Made by a program: the position numbers and the translations under genes. The notes beneath the pieces were generated by a model. The model saw only the letters and a program-made list of their open reading frames with translations, made no database searches and was not told the DNA's origin. A DNA stretch of 63,375 nucleotides, counting the filler, from Basidiobolus meristosporus CBS 931.73 (lineage: Eukaryota > Fungi > Basidiobolomycota): the NCBI GenBank assembly GCA_002104905.1. It is 4 parts of 4 records of this genome, joined end to end, with 100 filler letters (N's around TTAATTAATTAA, not from the genome) between each part and the next. Parts side by side here need not be neighbours in the genome. Positions count along the whole stretch, not along the records: positions 55,691 to 63,375 come from MCFE01001348.1; 3 more parts are not named here. One strand, 5' to 3'. The first letter of the stretch is position 1; each line of letters starts with the position of its first letter. Of the stretch, positions 60,233 through 63,375 are shown one piece after another.

Positions 60233-63200
60233 AATATGTCTGCAATCATTTCATCTGTAGGACAGTAAACTAAGCTAACTAAGTTATTCACTATAGCTTC
60301 ACGTATGAAATGATGTCTAATATCTATGTGCTTGGTTCTAGCATGAAAAGTTGGATTTCTACCTAATTGTATACATCCTTGATTATCTTGAAATAAAGTA
60401 ATAGGCGTTTTTTGACATAGGCCTAAATCTGTAAAGAGCTTTCTTAACCACATTGCTTCTTTTGTAGCTTCACAGGCTGCCATATACTCTGCCTCTGTAG
60501 TAGAAAGTGCTACGGTTGGTTGCTTTCTTGAATTCCATGAAATGGCTCCTTTACAGTAAAGAAAGGTGTATCCTGTGGTGGATCTTCTGTCTTCTAAATT
60601 TCGTCCCCAATCAGCATCAGAGTATCCCACAAGATCCTGTACTGAATCCTTATAAGTGTATCTTAAGCAGATATCAGCAGTTCCTTTTAGGTATCTAAAA
60701 ATCCGCTTAACTGCTGCAATATGATCAGATCCATAATTCTGATTATGTTGGCTGACAACTCCCACTGAATATGAGATATCTGGACGTGTTCCAAGCATGA
60801 TATACATCAGACTGCCGACCATAGATTGATAAGGAAAGTCAGGGCTTTCAGATGGCACCAAGCTCTCTTGATTTGGTTGAGTTTTGACCAAGTTAAGGTT
60901 TGTCTCCATTGGGGTAGCTGCCGGTTTACAGTCTTCCATTTTGTACTTCTTTAGTATATCTTGAATATACTTGGATTGGCTTAGGGTAATAGTCTGGGTA
61001 CTTCTGTCTATGGAGAACTTAATCCCTAAGTAGTAACTGAGTTCTCCTAGATCGGACATCTTGAACTCCTTAGATAGGCTGGATTTAGTCTCTTCCAATG
61101 TTTCTAGGTTATTGGCGGCTATAATAATATCATCCACATATAGAGCTAATAGAACTGGATTTGCTCTATCTGGCTTATAGTATATACTATAGTCAGCATT
61201 ACTCCTTTTGAAACTCAAAGATTCCAAATAAGAATCTATCTTGCAATTCCAGGCTCTCGGTGATTGTTTGAGACCATATAGTGACTTTTTAAGCTTGCAG
61301 ACCAAATGGGGGTTATCTTGGTCAACAAACCCATCAGGCTGGTCCATATACACGTCCTCATCAAGTTCTCCATTCAAAAATGCAGTTTTTACATCCATTT
61401 GATGAATAAAAAACTTATATTTGGCTGCAATAGCCAATATTAATCTGATGGAATTAAACTTGGCTACCGGTGCAAAGGTCTCAGTATAGTCAAGTCCTTT
61501 TGTTTGAGAGTATCCTTTGGCTACAAGTCTTGCTTTGTATCTTTCAATTGTACCATCAGCCTTGTATTTTGTCTTAAAGACCCATCTGCATCCAATTGAT
61601 TTTTGGTTGATTGGTAATTTGACTAAGTCCCAAGTTTGATTTTCCATCAGGGCCTGATATTCCTCAGTCATTGCAGATCTCCAAAACTTTGTCTGAGGGC
61701 TATTTAGGGCCTCTTTTACAGTCTGGGGTTCATCAATATGGACTGAATAGGCATAGGCTAAGTTTGTACCCTCATTGATATAGTAATTTGGGCTATTTCT
61801 TGTCCGACTGGATCTCTGGGCATTTAATACTGGAATGATCACTTCTGGGATATTCCTGGGCACTGATTCTGGCTGAACCACGGTTGCAGAGTCCTCTGGA
61901 GTGAAAAAATTTTCATTGTTTTGCTCTGATTCAATCCTGACAATTGGTGGACTTGAGATCAAATTTTCGTCATCATCTGATGTCATTTTTTGTGAAAATT
62001 TTGAATTTTCATCAAACAACACATCCCTGGACTTGATCAGCTTCTTTGCTTTGGTATTGTCGAGTCTGTATGCCTTACTCTCATTGCAGTAGCCCAAAAA
62101 TATGCATTTTACACTTTTTGGCTCAAATTTTGACTGATTTCCGGCCAGTTTTTTGGCATATGCTGTACACCCAAATATTCTTAGATGTTCTGCACTTGGT
62201 CTGTATCCATACCATGCTTCAGATGGAGTAGAATCACGAAGTATTCTGTTATAACTCCTATTTTTAAGGTATACAGCAGTGGCAACTGATTCCGCCCAAA
62301 AATCATAGGATAATTTTTGATCATGGATCATAGATCTTGCCATATCAATTATTGATCTGTTGGCTTGTTCTGCTACTCCATTTTGCTGTGGGGAGTATGG
62401 TACAGTAGTCTCTTGCTTTATCCCATGAATTTTGCAGAAGTGGATGAAGAGTTTTGAGGTATATTCTCCACCATAGTCAGAGCGTATTTTCTTGATTTTT
62501 TCACCAGTTTCTCTCTCCACCATGGCTTTAAACTCCCTGAGCTTAGACAGAGCTTCTTCCTTTCTCTCCATGAAGTAGACCCATGTGTATCTTGTATAAT
62601 CATCAATAAAAGTGATTAAATACTTCATCCCGCCTAAGGATAAATTTTGCATAGGTCCACACAGATCTGAGTGAATTAGATCTAATTTTTTCTTAGTTTT
62701 GATTAACCCAGAGCTCTTGAACGGTTGTCTGGCTTGTTTCCCATATATGCAGGCTTCACAGTGCTCCAAAATAGCTGGGGGATCAATTTTCACTCCAGAA
62801 ATTAGCTGATCTTTGATCATTTTACGCAAATAATCAAAATTGATGTGTCCAAATCTCCTGTGCCAAAGCATTGGTGTTTCTTCATTTAAGTTACTTATAT
62901 TGGCTTCCAGATATGATGGAATATAAGTCAACTTGTATAGGTTCTGATCTCTGATGCCTGAAGCAATATGAGCACCATTTTGATCAGTGATCCTGCATCC
63001 AGAATTGTCAAAACTGAAACTGAGTCCTTCTGCTGTGGCCTTGCTTACAGAGAGTAGGTTCTTGGCTATTTCTGGTACATAGAGTACTTCTTTAAAGGTC
63101 AGTGTATGGCTTCCTTCACTGCTTCTAAGGATTACTTGGATAGTTCCTTCTCCCACTGCATCAAGTGTTCTATTGTCACCCATGAAAACCTTCTTAATTG

Positions 63201-63375
63201 GAATTTCTTGATATTGGGTAAAAAGTTCTTTTTGGTGTGCAAAGTGTTGAGAAGCTCCAGAGTCAATATACCACTTCTGAGAATCCTTGTTTGTCGTCAT
63301 ATTTAGTGCAGATATGAATAGTCTATCTTCAGTTGTTGCAGCATTTCCATATTCAGGCTTCTTTTGCTGATAATC
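60233..63375 (-). CDS. pol: Copia gag-pol (end of gag, protease, integrase, RT, RNase H) of element F, truncated by the insertion
   Basis: Track ORF up to PTDEMIADI; residues after this come from the transposon end. Confidence 0.9.

Larger units (their letters stand above)
56378..63375 (-). mobile_element. Copia element F: 3' LTR 56378-56727, pol open from the window edge, interrupted only by the Harbinger-like insertion
   Basis: Protease, integrase, RT and RNase H lie in one frame (63375-60233). Removing 56815-60232 and one AAT restores ...[27 protein letters not shown] (stop 56739-56741). Confidence 0.95.

Overview
Eukaryotic, most likely fungal, genomic DNA with short GT-AG introns of about 50-125 nt. 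An early-diverging lineage is plausible but cannot be proven from this window. The window has two sharply different parts. (1) About 0.6-18.6 kb is gene-bearing with ordinary CpG content. It holds an alanine aminotransferase, ribosomal protein eS27, a Pho85-type (PCL-like) cyclin, an Mpv17/SYM1 protein, an unassigned four-transmembrane protein and a homeodomain transcription factor; I reconstructed their exon structures by hand. (2) About 18.6-63.4 kb is a gene-free, CpG-depleted nest of transposons. It contains at least six partial or full copies plus solo LTRs of one Ty1/copia family with a half-tRNA-iMet-type PBS. It has one complete chromodomain Ty3/gypsy element with a self-priming PBS and a textbook -1 frameshift signal. 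It has a young gag-protease-only LTR element inserted at GCGC inside a copia gag. It has a complete two-gene PIF/Harbinger-like DNA transposon (15-bp TIRs, AAT target duplication) inserted in a copia RNase H region. Two unclassified degenerate repeat families are also present. The most interesting observations are four: the CpG-free transposase beside a CpG-rich partner gene within one element, the gag-protease-only element, a ~3.8-kb near-symmetric inverted repeat of copia 3' halves, and CpG-deamination signatures in otherwise open ORFs. Three 100-bp N gaps carry an assembly linker. I found no CRISPR, rRNA or tRNA gene.
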